DNA of 64,000 nucleotides from Octopus sinensis (GCF_006345805.1 NC_043001.1:60698001-60762000), one strand, 5' to 3'. Positions 37,881 through 50,688 are shown, counted from the first letter of the stretch. Program-made: numbers and translations. The notes: generated by a model from the sequence alone, not told the origin.

Positions 37881-38849
37881 ATAAAAAGCAACTTTTGCAT
37901 TCTAATTTCTCTATTATCATTCATTATTGCGCAGAATACTTCAAAATATATAATGATAACAAACATATTTATAATTTAAAATTTCTGCTTTCCCATCATA
38001 CCTCATCAAGACAATATAAGAATAATCAATAACTAACCCCTTTACTGGTGACCAGTATAATGTAACCCTAAATGAAATTTCCTTACGCTATATCTTCTTT
38101 CGAAATTTGCTCTTTATTTTCCTGACGAAGGAGACATTGCTTCTACGTTGACTATAAAATTCACACCATACCAGGATAAATGGACTGAATCGGCCGTAAA
38201 AATATGTCTTACTTGTTATTTACTCTGACATTTAAATTCAGTATTAAGGTTTCTCACTGCCGCCGATGTTATTGTTAACTTTTAATTTCTAATTTTTATT
38301 TCTAAATTTTTAATTCATAATTTTTAATAAGGCTTCATATTCGCTTCATCCCTCCACATATCAATCTTTTCTCTCTTACATTTCATGTATTATCTTATTT
38401 CATATATTTCTTATTTCTATTCTATTCTTAAATAATACTTTCAAGATATTCATAATGTCTTAATGTATTTGTTGTATTAATGTACGTCACAAATACAAGA
38501 TAATTATCTAATTTTTGTTTCTTCTTTAAATTATATTATTTAGTATATATATATATATATATATCGTTAATTCAAGAAACGGAGAAAATGACAAGAAAGA
38601 ATAACAGGAGGACATACCACATGCGAAGTATTAATAAAGTGGTCAGAGAAGAAACAGAGTGGTTGTTTTACGTTTTGAGCATAAAACGTCTTCGAAAACA
38701 AGTAACAAAAAGTCAAGAGGAAAAGAAAGGAGGAGGGAAAAATCGCCAACTGATCACGTGTAATTTCATTTTTGAAATGCCCGGAAGTAGGAGGACAAAC
38801 AGAAAGTGCTTTATGAGACAGGAGACTGTGAAGAATGGTTGCTATCTGT

Positions 38850-39620
38850 GTTATGTGTATGTGAGTGTGCGTGTGCGTTTAAGCGCGTGTGTGAAGATAG
38901 AATAGTCAATAGTGAGTCGATGCAGTCGGTTGGGTGTGTGAATAGGTGTATATGGATGTGCGTCCATGTGTGTGTGTGTGTGCGTGCTTGCGTGTGTGTG
39001 TGTGCGTGTCAAAAAGGCACAGAAGGGTGAGGTGGAGTTTGGGTGCGTTGCCTGAAAGGTGTGAGAATGGGTGGGTATGGCTATGTGAATGGGGTGGCTG
39101 TGTGAGCATGCGTGTGTTTGTACGTGTGTGAGAGGGTGAGAGGGAGAAGTGGTATGTGGTCGTGTTGTGTGAAGTGTGTGTGAATGGGTGAGGATGGTTG
39201 TGTGTGTGTGTTGACATGTATACGTAGACAGATATGTATATGTATCTGTGTTCATGTGTATGGGTGCAAGAGTGTGTCTATCTTTGCGTGTTATTCTGTT
39301 TCTCTCTCTGTATAAGTGTGTGTCTATACCTATCTGTGTATCACTCTGTTGCCCCCTCTCTCATTATGAAAATATTTGTGTGTATACATGTATGCGTGTG
39401 CACGTATGTACGAGAGTATGTATGTCTGGATGTGTGTGCGTGGGTGCGTAAGGTGTGGGTTTCAGGTAGGTGTTCTTGCTCCACTTATTCCATTCTGTTC
39501 TTCTAAGATGTGTATCCTTATGTGTGCCTGCGTTTGTGTCCCTGTTTGCGTGTGTGCTTAAGTGCGTGTATGCGTATGTATATGTATGTGTGTGTGTGTA
39601 TGTGCGTGTGTGTGTCATAG
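38850..39620. repeat. TG/CA-rich degenerate microsatellite
   Basis: Directly visible; similar tract at 42460-43000. Confidence 0.9.
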
Positions 39621-39959
39621 TTTTTAGCAGTATTGCGGCCTTCTTCACAACCCCGTCCACTCACTCCATTGTGCTACTGCTGTCCTAAGACCTGAAAATA
39701 TGGTACAGTTCCTGTATTCCTCTGTGTATGTGCGTTCGTCTACGGTGTTGCCATTGTGGCAGTTCTTGTTATTGCCCTCGATGGTTCCGCCGGTGCTGCT
39801 GACGTTGTTAGTTGTGTTGTTGCCATTACTATGACAGTCCATGAAATTTCATGTGTTTGTATGGGTTTGCTTAATATTTTGTATGTATCCATGATCTTTA
39901 TATATCTTTATGTATTTATTTTATTCCTCTCTATTTCTTATATTTATCATAGGTATGTC

Positions 39960-41340
39960 ACAGATATATTTATATGCGATAATGATAAGGTATACCCTCA
40001 CTATAACTTCTATGACCAGAGCTATACGGACCCCGAAAATAATAATCAGGTTAAAAAGATGGTCGCATATGCGGTTGGGTGCGAGTACCAAGACCACACT
40101 CAAGGTCCATATATTTAAGTCTAATAGCAAGATTTCCGTCCAAGCGGAAGATACAGCCATCAGTGTTAGTATCCCTGGTGATGTGGCTAACCTATTTATG
40201 GTATGGTGGGATAGGAGTCTTAAAGAGAAATTAGCAGAGAACTCAATAAACTACGTGGGTGATATCAAGTAACCAAAGCACTTCTACAAGACAATGTTAG
40301 TGATCTACAAGCGAACACTGTGGAGAGCATCCAGCAAAAAAGCTAACACCATCGACGAGAGTACGGAAATAACGGTAGACTACCCTAGTAAGGACTCAAA
40401 ATATAGATTACCCGTTTTAGACACTGAACTCTGGTTAGAAGCGAAGAACAGTATGGTCCAGATCCTTCACTCTCATTATGCCAAACCCATGGCCTTATAA
40501 GAACGCAGCGATTTTTATATAAATTTTTATAGCTGACTTATTGGGAGTGATAGGGTAGTGTCTCGCATATGCGACACTATGGAATTGGAAAGACACATTT
40601 AACACTTCATTCACCGCATGCAGTTCTCTGGCTACAACCAAAAGGACAGAATTAGAGTGTACAAAAGTACCAGAACTAAATACGAAACCGTCATAGAGAG
40701 CTACATGAAGGGGATCTGCCCACTCTACAGGAGCAAATCCTGGAACAGCACGGAAAGGACCAGCAATAAGATAAATAAAGCCAACCAGAGTGTCATGTTC
40801 GTTGTCGCTATGCCTGTCTTCGAACTAGCACACATTTTCAGAAAAACATTAAGTAAGGCTGATCTACGAATTAAAGTAGCAGAGATACTTGGTGCCCCTT
40901 TAAAATCCCTGTACTGCAATACGTAACCTTTTCATAAGACCTCCTGTGCGGAGTACATTTGTGTTATATGTAGGATGAACCCACGTTAACTGTAAGGTTA
41001 GGAATGAAGTGTATAGCATTCGATGTAATGAGGGACGGTGCAGAAACATGGCAACTACCTAGTGTGAAGAGACTCCACGCAGCACAGAAGAACGTATAGG
41101 TGGGCATTGGTGAGATCTGAAAGCGATCTACCAGTATGCTCAAGCAGAACATGGAGGCTCGATTAATAGCATACAGGTTAAAGTACTATCGGCACATTGA
41201 ACTGACACAACATTTAGACAGATCACAGAGGCTACACACTTAACAGCAGAGACCGAGCCTCTGTAAAAAAAGACACGAAAGGAACCCACCACATGACTAA
41301 AGAGAGTAGGAATGAGAAGAGAGAGGAAAAACCACGTAAA
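39960..41340 (+). mobile_element. Penelope-like element (RT C-half + GIY-YIG), decayed
   Basis: HIFKSNSKI.VQ...PGDVANLFMVWWDRSLKEKL; LPVLDTELWL; HSHYAKPM; MQFSGY; VMFVVAMP..ELA; NCKVRNEVYSIRC; HGG; RQITEA. Confidence 0.82.
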
Positions 41341-41447
41341 TACTACAAAGAAGCATACAAGGTGATACGCAGACGATAGACATGTGTACTTACCTGTGAT
41401 ACTTATGTGAAATAGAGATAGATGTATAAAAATAATAAGTAAATAAA

Positions 41448-41527
<80 letters not shown>

Positions 41528-41577
41528 ATATATATAATATATATATAATATATATATATATATATTATATATATATA

Positions 41578-41612
<35 letters not shown>

Positions 41613-41645
41613 ATCAAAATAAGCAACAAGAAAATCTTCGGTAAT

Positions 41646-41731
41646 TTGGTACGATCGTTTCACGCTACATCATTTTATTAAACATTGTAAGTATTACAAC
41701 AGTTTTAAAATGTTGAGCAATCATCAGCCAT
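41646..41731 (-). ncRNA. Minimal type-I hammerhead ribozyme motif
   Basis: TGG-CTGATGA-TTGCT..long stem II..AGCGT-GAAAC-GATC-GTA-CCA. Palindromic stem III ACGATCGT; only 3-bp stem I; U.U at the stem II base. Confidence 0.7.
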
Positions 41732-42075
41732 TTATAGAGGTTTTCCATTAATACATATACATCTTTTCATATTAATTGATAACATTATATAGATGGTAGA
41801 TATATAGACAGAGATGTTGATTTGAATTTTAAGAACATTATGTAATAGAGTTTATATTCTCACTGAAGAATATTCTTTAAGTTATTTTGAACTGCTAGAA
41901 GGTGGGAAAGGATATTCAGTTGAATGGAGACAAAAGTGATTTTCTATTTATAGAAGTAGGTAGGGGTGAAATAAATGTCAGACGTTATTCCTAAAGAAAT
42001 TAAAGTAGAAAGGGGATTATAATGCCCTTCTGTAATATGAAAATATGTATATGTATTAATGGAAAACCTCTGTAA

Positions 42076-42161
42076 ATGGCTGAAGATTGCTCAACATTTT
42101 AAAATTGTTGTGATACTTATAATGTTTAATAAAATGATCTAGCGCGAAACGATCGTACCAA
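42076..42161 (+). ncRNA. Minimal type-I hammerhead ribozyme motif
   Basis: TGG-CTGAAGA(42080-86)-TTGCT..AGCGC-GAAAC(42146-50)-GATC-GTA-CCA. Confidence 0.7.
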
Positions 42162-43059
42162 ATTACCGAAGATATTCTTGTTGCTTATTTTGATTATAAT
42201 CACCACATGGATTTATATGGATAACACCATACAAAATTCTGGTGCATCTAACTTAAGTACCATATTCATATGAATCTAAATTTTGCTATATATATACTGT
42301 TGTGTCTGAGGAGAGTCATTTTCTTTTTGTGCCTTATAATGTAACGCACTCACCGGTAAAATTTCCACTTATTTTTATTTTCCTAAAATTTTCGTTGCGT
42401 CTTGCAACTTATACAGTAGTCTTGACTCTGTCCGTTATTTACACTGCGTTCCTTTTTGTTTGTCTGAGCGTATGTGTGTGCCTATGCATCCATGTACGTA
42501 TTTATGTGTGTATGTATGTATGCATGGGTATGTATGTATATATGTGTGTGTGCATCTGTATGTACGTATCCTGTATATTCATGTGCTTGCATGTCCGTGC
42601 TTGTGTATTTTCTATGTATGTGTGTGTCTGAGCGTCTGTTTGTATATGTATGATGCACCTCTGTCTCTTTGTGTGTGCATGTCTGTGTGCGGGGGGGTGT
42701 TATGCAACTATGTACCATGTTTGTATGTATGGGTGGATGTGCATCTATATATGTGTGGATCCTTGTCTCCATATGTGTCCTTGTGTAGTGTAAAGTATGT
42801 GTGTATATATTGTCATGTGTGTCAGTCTCGATTTGCGTATGTGTGCTTGTCTGTTCTTATAACCTATGTACCTATCAGTCTGTATGTTGATCTGTTTATT
42901 TTCATACCCATATGCTTACATCCAAAAAACAAAATACATGTGCATACACATACACACGTGCACACATCTACCTACATAAATCTACATAACAGTCCACTAA
43001 CTATTCTACACTACCTGTGCAAACTTTTGGTATGGAGGTATTATATCTAATATGTATAT

Positions 43060-44240
43060 TTCCTATTTAGTATTAGGGAGGTTTCATTTATAAGGACGTA
43101 CTCCCGTATTTGTCTGCGTGTTGGGTCTTTTGGGTGCTTGGATAAGATGCGGTTGTCAAGTTGACCCAAGTTGCCTCCATGGTGGTCTTTGGCATGTTGG
43201 TAGAGTATGGAGGACTGTTTTCTGTCGTCATATATTATCAGATGTTCATTTATTCGTTCCGCAATGCTCCTAGATGTCTCTCCCTATGTACGTCATGTTC
43301 ATTTCTTTACAAGCATCTTCTATGCATCTTATGCTGTAAACTACTTTTCGAGTTCTAAAGTTAATACCAGGATTAGTCCTACATACCATGCAGTTATCAT
43401 TGGTGCATATGGTATTCTTAAATGGGTACGTCCTACATAGATGTGATCTGACGGAGTTCCCTGGCTTTTCAACAATTTTAATGTTGAGTTTGGTCTCGTT
43501 CAGAACTTTTCTAAATCTACGGGCTAGCTCTCCATGGGCTATGGCCTCTACAAATATTACTCCTTGATATTTGTCGGTTTTATACCACGACGTGTTCGCC
43601 CTGTTTGCTTTGTCACAAGTTCTATGTATCCTATTCCATTCTTTGTCTATATCTAGGGCAGGTACCACTGATATCATTACATATCACGTTGTCTAATTTC
43701 TTTCTAGCCCCCTTGTATACTCGAACCCTATCTTTCTGATCATATCCAGAGAACTGCATGTGGTGCATGCAGTTCTGTATATGTCTTTCATAGTGGGGAC
43801 ACATTGTTCATTATTCCAACTAATTCTGCTCTCAGCATGTTAATTTTCATGTTGTGTGACAAAACTGAGTTCTTGAGAACAACATATTTTGAAGTTATGG
43901 GTTTCATGTAATAAGAGTGGAGGAGCTGCACTTTATTGTTCACAGTTTCTAACCAAAGTTCAGTATCAAGTACAGGGAGTCTGTTGTGGGGTAATCTATA
44001 GTTACCGTGATACTTTGGCGGATGGAGTTAGCTATTTGCTTGATGCTCTCCATTACATTCTTCTCAGTTTCTATATTCCCTCACTAGAATTTGTCCTAAA
44101 TATGATATTAATGTCATCTTGATATCTACTGTAGAGTAGAAGAGTTGTGGACTGTTCTGCTAACATTTGTTCAAATTTTCTGTGCCACCAGGTCATAAAA
44201 AGGCCAGCAACATCTCCAGCTATACCTATAGATGTATATA
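43060..44240 (-). mobile_element. Penelope-like element (RT YQDD to GIY-YIG), decayed
   Basis: GIAGDVAGLFMTWWHRK...LYSRYQDDINIIF; VIFVEA..GELA; KIVEKPG; VVYSIRC...YIG; HHGG; KDPTRRQIRE. Confidence 0.85.
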
Positions 44241-44329
44241 TAGAAATGCATATCACATAACAGTGACCAATATAACATAAATATAGATAAAATAGATTTT
44301 AAATATCTATATACAGGGGATGGATACAT

Positions 44330-45012
44330 GCGAAGTACGAAGTGAAACCATGCACAAACCTGCTCAGAGGTATACATCTCAGAGGCGTACACGATACCTG
44401 CTCAGAGGCGTATGCATAGATTTCAAAAGGTCTTCATTTTCGACACAATCAAAGAGATCTTGTGCAACGGAAACCCAAGTGTCTTTTTGGTCGGCTGAAA
44501 GTAGTTTTGGCACAAACTTGGCAGACAAGTATCTCATACCTAAATCTCCATTGATATTGGAATGAAATGAACCGTAGCTAATTTGCACATCCTCATCTGT
44601 GATAACTCACGAATGGTGATTCGACGATTTCCTCTCACAGCCTTTTCTCATTTCTGCTGGTTGTATGACTCCCAGAACGTTCTTCAATATCAATTATATC
44701 GGGCATCTTCAAAACGTCTGAACCACTCGTATACTTGTGTGCGGTGCATTCACGTCTCTCCATACACTCTGCAACTTTCTCTTAGCAGGTACTGCCATCA
44801 CAACTTTCTCTGTCATGGTGAATGACACGATCACACGCTATAAACCTTCCTTTCAAACCCTGCTGTAAACAGCGCAAGTGTGGCTAGAACGTTAACAGTT
44901 ACTGTACATGCACAGCAGAGTTCAAGATCAATCTTTGCCAAGCATCTTCTCTTTGCGTGCTTTCGCTTCATTACTATAGCAACAGTGCTGATACTAATTG
45001 GTCAAACCTCAC
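44330..45012 (-). mobile_element. Mariner deletion derivative, same family as 21288-22020
   Basis: TIR-like GAGGTTTGACCAATTAGTATC; LSAKFVPKLLSADQKDTWVSVAQDLFDCVENE; ends in CCTCTGAGCAGGT-type repeats. Confidence 0.78.
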
Positions 45013-45026
45013 ATGTATATATATAT

Positions 45027-45060
<34 letters not shown>

Positions 45061-45282
45061 ATATATAAATATAGAGAGAGAGAGAGAGATAGATATGTAT
45101 ATATATATAAAATAAAGAGTAAATAATATATAGTATATATATATATATAGTGCATAAGTAAGTATACATATAAACACATATATATATATACATATAAATA
45201 CTTATATATATACGCATATATATATGTATATATATATATACACACATATATATAGGCATATATGTATGTATATACATATATG

Positions 45283-45314
<32 letters not shown>

Positions 45315-45360
45315 GATACACACACATACAAACCCATACACACGCGCACACACACACACT

Positions 45361-45567
45361 CTTTTACTCTTTTCCTTGTTTCAGTTATTTGACTGTGGCC
45401 TTCCTGAAGCACCACATGTAGTCGAAGAAATCGAACTCAGGACTTATTCTTTGTAAGCCTATTACTTAATCTATCTGTCTCTTTGCTGAACCGCTAAGTT
45501 ACGGGGGCGTAAACACAACACAGAACCATACACACACACATACACACCCACACACACACACACATAC

Positions 45568-45616
<49 letters not shown>

Positions 45617-45770
45617 CGGCAGGCATCTTTCAGTTTCTGTCTATCAAATCCACTTGGCTTTGGTCGGCCCGAAACTATAGTAGAAACAGTTGCCCAAGGA
45701 CCCACGCAGTGGGACTAAATGCAGAACCACATGGTTCGTAAGGAAGCCACTTACTACACAGCCACTCCTG
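45361..45770 (-). mobile_element. tRNA-derived SINE, full span (family of 26843-27240)
   Basis: Head GGAGTGGCTGTGTAGTAAG...CCTTGGGCAAC; internal (CA)n; tail GGCCACAGTCAAATAACTGAAAC. Confidence 0.8.
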
Positions 45771-45779
45771 CGTCTATAT

Positions 45780-45816
<37 letters not shown>

Positions 45817-45904
45817 AGCACCTGTGTATACCGTTTGGTGGTGTAGGTGGTGGAGTAAATTGATCAAAATAAAAATAAAAATAAAAACATGAGGCGAAGG
45901 ATTC

Positions 45905-45984
45905 AGCGGTACATATGTTTCGGGCCTTTATTAGACAGATACATAACAAATCATAATGTATGTCTGTGGCCTTCTTCAGCCGCT
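45905..45984 (-). ncRNA. Minimal type-I hammerhead ribozyme motif (left arm)
   Basis: AGCGG-CTGAAGA-AGGCC..GGCCC-GAAAC-ATAT-GTA-CCGCT; identical to the right-arm copy. Confidence 0.8.
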
Positions 45985-46276
45985 CACAACAGCTTCCACA
46001 AGGACATGTGTTAGTTCCGAATTCTTGGCTGGGGATGCAAATCTTCTCGTTCCCGTACGACAAAATGCGGCAGCAGCATCGAATTGAATCGTCCATCTCC
46101 TTCTTCTCTCAATGTAGAATGAGGAAACTTAGTTTCCTCATTCTACATTGAGAGAAGAAGGAGATGGACGATTCAATTCGATGCTGCTGCCGCATTTTGT
46201 CGTACGGGAACGAGAAGATTTGCATCCCCAGCCAAGAATTTCGGAACTAACACATGTCCTTGTGGAAGCTGTTGTG

Positions 46277-46356
46277 AGCGGCTGAAGAAGGCCACAGACA
46301 TACATTATGATTTGTTATGTATCTGTCTAATAAAGGCCCGAAACATATGTACCGCT
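46277..46356 (+). ncRNA. Minimal type-I hammerhead ribozyme motif (right arm)
   Basis: 5-bp stem I AGCGG/CCGCT; core CTGAAGA (46282-88) and GAAAC (46340-44); palindromic stem III ACATATGT; GUA triplet; A.C mismatch at the stem II base. Confidence 0.8.
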
Positions 46357-46397
46357 GAATCCTTCGCCTCATGTTTTTTTTTTATTTTTATTTTGAT

Positions 46398-46449
<52 letters not shown>

Positions 46450-46465
46450 GTGTGTATATATATAT

Positions 46466-46496
<31 letters not shown>

Positions 46497-47584
46497 TATA
46501 AATATATATACATATATACATACATATATATATATATATATATAATATATATGACCATATAAACATATATACATATTTCTTTATATATATGAGCACACAT
46601 TTGTAAAATTGCTGGTATGACATTTAAAAAATTCTTAAATGTTAAATGACAATGTGATATTTCAAATCTGAAAATAATTTACATGTCGCAAATTGTCAGG
46701 ATTCATTCATTGAATATGAGACCAGTTACCTCGTTTTGTATCGTTGGATTCTTTTAAATATAAAGAAAGATACTGTTCAATGTGAGAAGGAAAATGGAGA
46801 CACAATTGCAATAAAATACGTATCATAATTACCATACCATCTAAAATTGATGGCTACTTCCTAACTCGGTTATTTGTCTTCCGATATAAGTTATTATAGC
46901 AGCGTTTATTTCCTACTTTAGAAAGGGAATCTTGGATGTTAGAGAGGTTAAGAGGATCTTGGTAACGTTTGGAAAAATTAAATCATTAAAAATATTTAAA
47001 ATGGTTCAACACCATAGCGTGGTGCAAATGTTTTGCTTTTCCAAAATGCATCTCGTCAAACCAGTGGAATCGTTTGTTTTCTGCTCAATTGTTTTCTGAC
47101 TATCGCCAAATAAGTTATCTACTTTTGGTTTACTAGCAATTTCTCCTTCATCTCCAGTTCTACATTGGCATTTAGAAATGTTTAACTTTACTATAGTACA
47201 TAAAATTTCTTTGTTTTTCATTTTACAATTTTATGTTATTTTGTAAAGTCCAATTGCTTTAAGATTTATACTTTCTAAGAAATCTATCAATAGCTGTTAT
47301 TTGTTAACCGTAAACTATGTTACCGATAAAATGGATGGTCTAACAAGACTTTTGTTTTTAATTGTGATATTCTGAAACGTTTGAACATCGCGTAGTACAG
47401 AAGATGAAGAAGTTAAAATTTTAAAATAATGAAACCGAAGTTAGCACAAACAAATGCAATTTTGTTTCAAATAGAAAGTGTAAGCTATGACACTAATGTA
47501 GAAGGTATAAGAGAACGGTGCATGAGCGCATATATGCATCAGGGAGAGTGGAGCAAAGCATAAAGACATATATGGGTATATATA

Positions 47585-47644
<60 letters not shown>

Positions 47645-47877
47645 GTGTAGGTATCAGTTAGAGGGGATAATTAATTCCAGAGTCGCTCCTGGTTATTACC
47701 TGGGTAGGTACAGTCTTTTGTAAGGTTGTACGGTAGCAAGTGGTTTAGTTGGTAAACTGAAGTTTAGGTTATATAGGAGAAGAAAATGGTTATAATAACA
47801 TTGGGAAGATCGTGGTTTTCGCTGGAGTGTCTTTAATTAATTAGATAACACAGAAGGAAGAAGGAGAGATGAAGATA

Positions 47878-47928
47878 GCATTTACGATCGTTTCAATTTA
47901 CTGGTTTAAGTAACACTCTTCAGAATGC
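47878..47928 (-). ncRNA. Minimal type-I hammerhead ribozyme motif
   Basis: GCATT-CTGAAGA-GTGTTACT-TAAACC-AGTAAATT-GAAAC-GATC-GTA-AATGC. Perfect 5-bp stem I; stem II partly decayed. Confidence 0.78.
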
Positions 47929-48112
47929 GAATACAGATAGATGCATCGGTTAGGATGCGAAAATAAGTTATACATATGTGATAGTAATGTAAACAAAAGT
48001 GGTAATTCTTACATTAAATTTTGCTGTTGCGCTGATGAATTCGTTGGGTAGAGGTTTTCTTGTGGTAGAATGCTTAGTTTCGTTGGGTAATTAGGGCGGG
48101 GTGAGTATAATT

Positions 48113-48186
48113 TAGTTTAATTAAGCACCTTTTTTCGTACGTGTATATTCCATTTTATATTTTACGATTAGTGCTTAATTAAACTA
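48113..48186. repeat. Perfect 16-bp inverted repeat with 42-nt spacer
   Basis: TAGTTTAATTAAGCAC / GTGCTTAATTAAACTA. Confidence 0.85.
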
Positions 48187-48248
48187 GGTAACTCGAACTT
48201 AAATATATATATCAGATACATCTACACGCTCACGCTAACATGCACGTG

Positions 48249-48308
<60 letters not shown>

Positions 48309-50530
48309 ATATGTGAGTATAAATACTTACAGGGATACGTAAATTGCACTTGTATAAACCATATACATACTTACCTATATACATACAAACATACATATAA
48401 ATACGCACGCGCATAGACAAAGTATTTGAATACAAAGCCGAATACTAACTATACATATAAATTGATATAAACACATATAAAGCATACACATGTACACAAA
48501 ATATGTATATGCACTCGTAGGAAGAGGCAAGTGTGTTAAATATATGCAAACGAGAAAATAATGTGAAGGAAGTTAGCTATATATCTTTAAACGATTGTAA
48601 TCTCTGCTGGAAAAACTTATATTGATAAAGAGATAAAAATAAATTAAAATGAATTATAATTTAAAATTCTAATACATTATTTTTAGGTAATATTATTCAA
48701 TAGGATTATAGCCACTTGGAAATTTAACTTCTAATATTTTATAAAGATACACACAATGATAAGATATATTAAAATGAAGTGCTGGACCTTCAGAAACGTA
48801 CGAATAAAAAATTCTCTCTGGATGTGCGTTTAAATCATAAATTAAAAATTGTTAAGAAAGTTAATAGACAAAGTTCGGTATATGTTGGCGGAAAAAACAG
48901 TCGCTTAAAAACTATCGAAGCGCGATACAGTTTGCGAAAATGTCGAAGTTTCGTTATTAATTATAATGCATATCTAAACTAGAGTGGGTTATCGTATGTC
49001 TTTAGTCACATGAGCATTCTAGAGAATATATAATCGATATATCCTTCAGGTATATTGCTAGGATAAGATTCTGAAGGTTGTACAACGAGCACGTAATTAA
49101 ATTAATGCTGTGAAATGAATATTTAAATTTACGTAAATTATTTTGATAAATTGAAACAATGAAATGCAGGTTTCCTACTATTTTTTATACAATTCATAGC
49201 ATTATAAGAGAAACTGTAGATAAATTCAGTTACAGCTCGGAATGAAAACACAAAATATAAGAATTTAATTTTGGACACAGAAATTTCTATTTCTGTGTCT
49301 TTATATAAATTTTAAGATGAACCTGACGATAAAACATTTAAGGCAAACAGCAAATCTCTGCCCTTTCACACTTCCTTATATAAATAAAAATTACAATTTG
49401 AGTAAAGTTGTTCTAAGTACCGTATACCTAAAACAATACGGGGTGATCATGGATGGAGTGCTTTTATCATAATTGCTTTAAATCAGCACTACTAAGTGAA
49501 TAAATATACGGCAACCTAAAATCTCGTGAAAGGCAAAACGTATCTGAATTTTTATTTCTAAATGTAAATTATGAGTTACTGATTTAAGGATTGAGGCTTA
49601 ATGTTATATAAACTAAATTAAATTTATTCAGTGAATTTCTTGTTGATTAATGCAAGCATGTAAATTTTCATTCCTGACTACATAGTCCTTATACGGAGGA
49701 CTTCTACCGAATATTATGATATAGGAAGAAGGTAAAACTAATGAAATGAATATTTAAGCAGCATTTCAGTAGTGTATCTAATTAGATTTCACAATCAATT
49801 ATTATTGATATTTTTTCCGGAGTATTCCTCAGGATGTCATTACAACATAAATGCTGCTTCCATTGCTATTAGGTATTATAATTCTCAGCAGACACATAAA
49901 TTGTAACGTTTCCTGAAATAATTTGTAGTATATGTTATTAAATGTAGTATTGTTTTCCATTGGTTTTAATTTAATTTACTGCTTAATTAAGTTGGATAAA
50001 GTTGATGCATAAAACTAAATGCTTATCCAGATACGGCTTCCCAATCATTGTTTCATATTAGCAATGTAAATCGCTTCGAACAGTTTTACACTTAAGAAAC
50101 CGATTAGATAACAGAGGATCAATATCTCTATATCTTCATTCAAAATTATGATAGAGCAGACACGTTAATATCATATCAAGAATTGGTATTTACATTACGT
50201 CATTTCATATATACATTAGATACATTCCATACGTATATCTATCCTATAAAAATGATATAATAATGATACTGACGGAATTGCTTAGTACAATTGTACAGAT
50301 CAAAAATATGTACATCTATTCATTTGCATGGGTGTGTGTATGTATATTAGGGACAGAGGTAGGCTTAATACCGGGGGGTAATATTTATCCCGCTTAAATG
50401 TGAATGTTCTGTTAAAACAAACTAAACTGTGGTAGTTACCATGAGAGAAACACTTAGCCTTTCATGCAAAACACTTGTTTCTTCTAGCATTTAAGTGGAG
50501 ATAAATAATACATATATAATGATCGTAAAA

Positions 50531-50532
<2 letters not shown>

Positions 50533-50586
<54 letters not shown>

Positions 50587-50645
50587 TGTAATAATAATAA
50601 TAATAATAATAATAATATAATATAATAATAATAATAATAGCAATG

Positions 50646-50688
<43 letters not shown>

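Larger units (their letters stand above)
41610..42197. repeat. About 164-bp inverted repeat pair (41610-41773 / 42034-42197), 260-bp spacer
   Basis: About 10 differences between arms by manual alignment; left arm directly abuts (TA)n at 41452-41610. Confidence 0.93.
45859..46401. repeat. Near-perfect palindrome, 271-bp arms, 1-nt spacer at 46130
   Basis: ...GAGGAAACT-T-AGTTTCCTC...; arms differ only by one indel and in the A-rich outer tract; followed by (TA)n. Confidence 0.97.

Noticed and set aside
38122-38150. CTGACGA-AGGAG/CTTCT downstream of the Naiad remnant
   Set aside because: No GAAA; at most a dead remnant.
39645-39842. 65-aa Asn/Thr-rich ORF as a host first exon
   Set aside because: Low complexity, no recognisable domain, and wedged between a microsatellite and a PLE.
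47006-47221. 71-aa Cys-containing ORF (CQC..G; C..LWC) as an ADAMTS/EGF-like exon
   Set aside because: Cysteine spacing is incomplete, a stop follows immediately, and there is no good donor.
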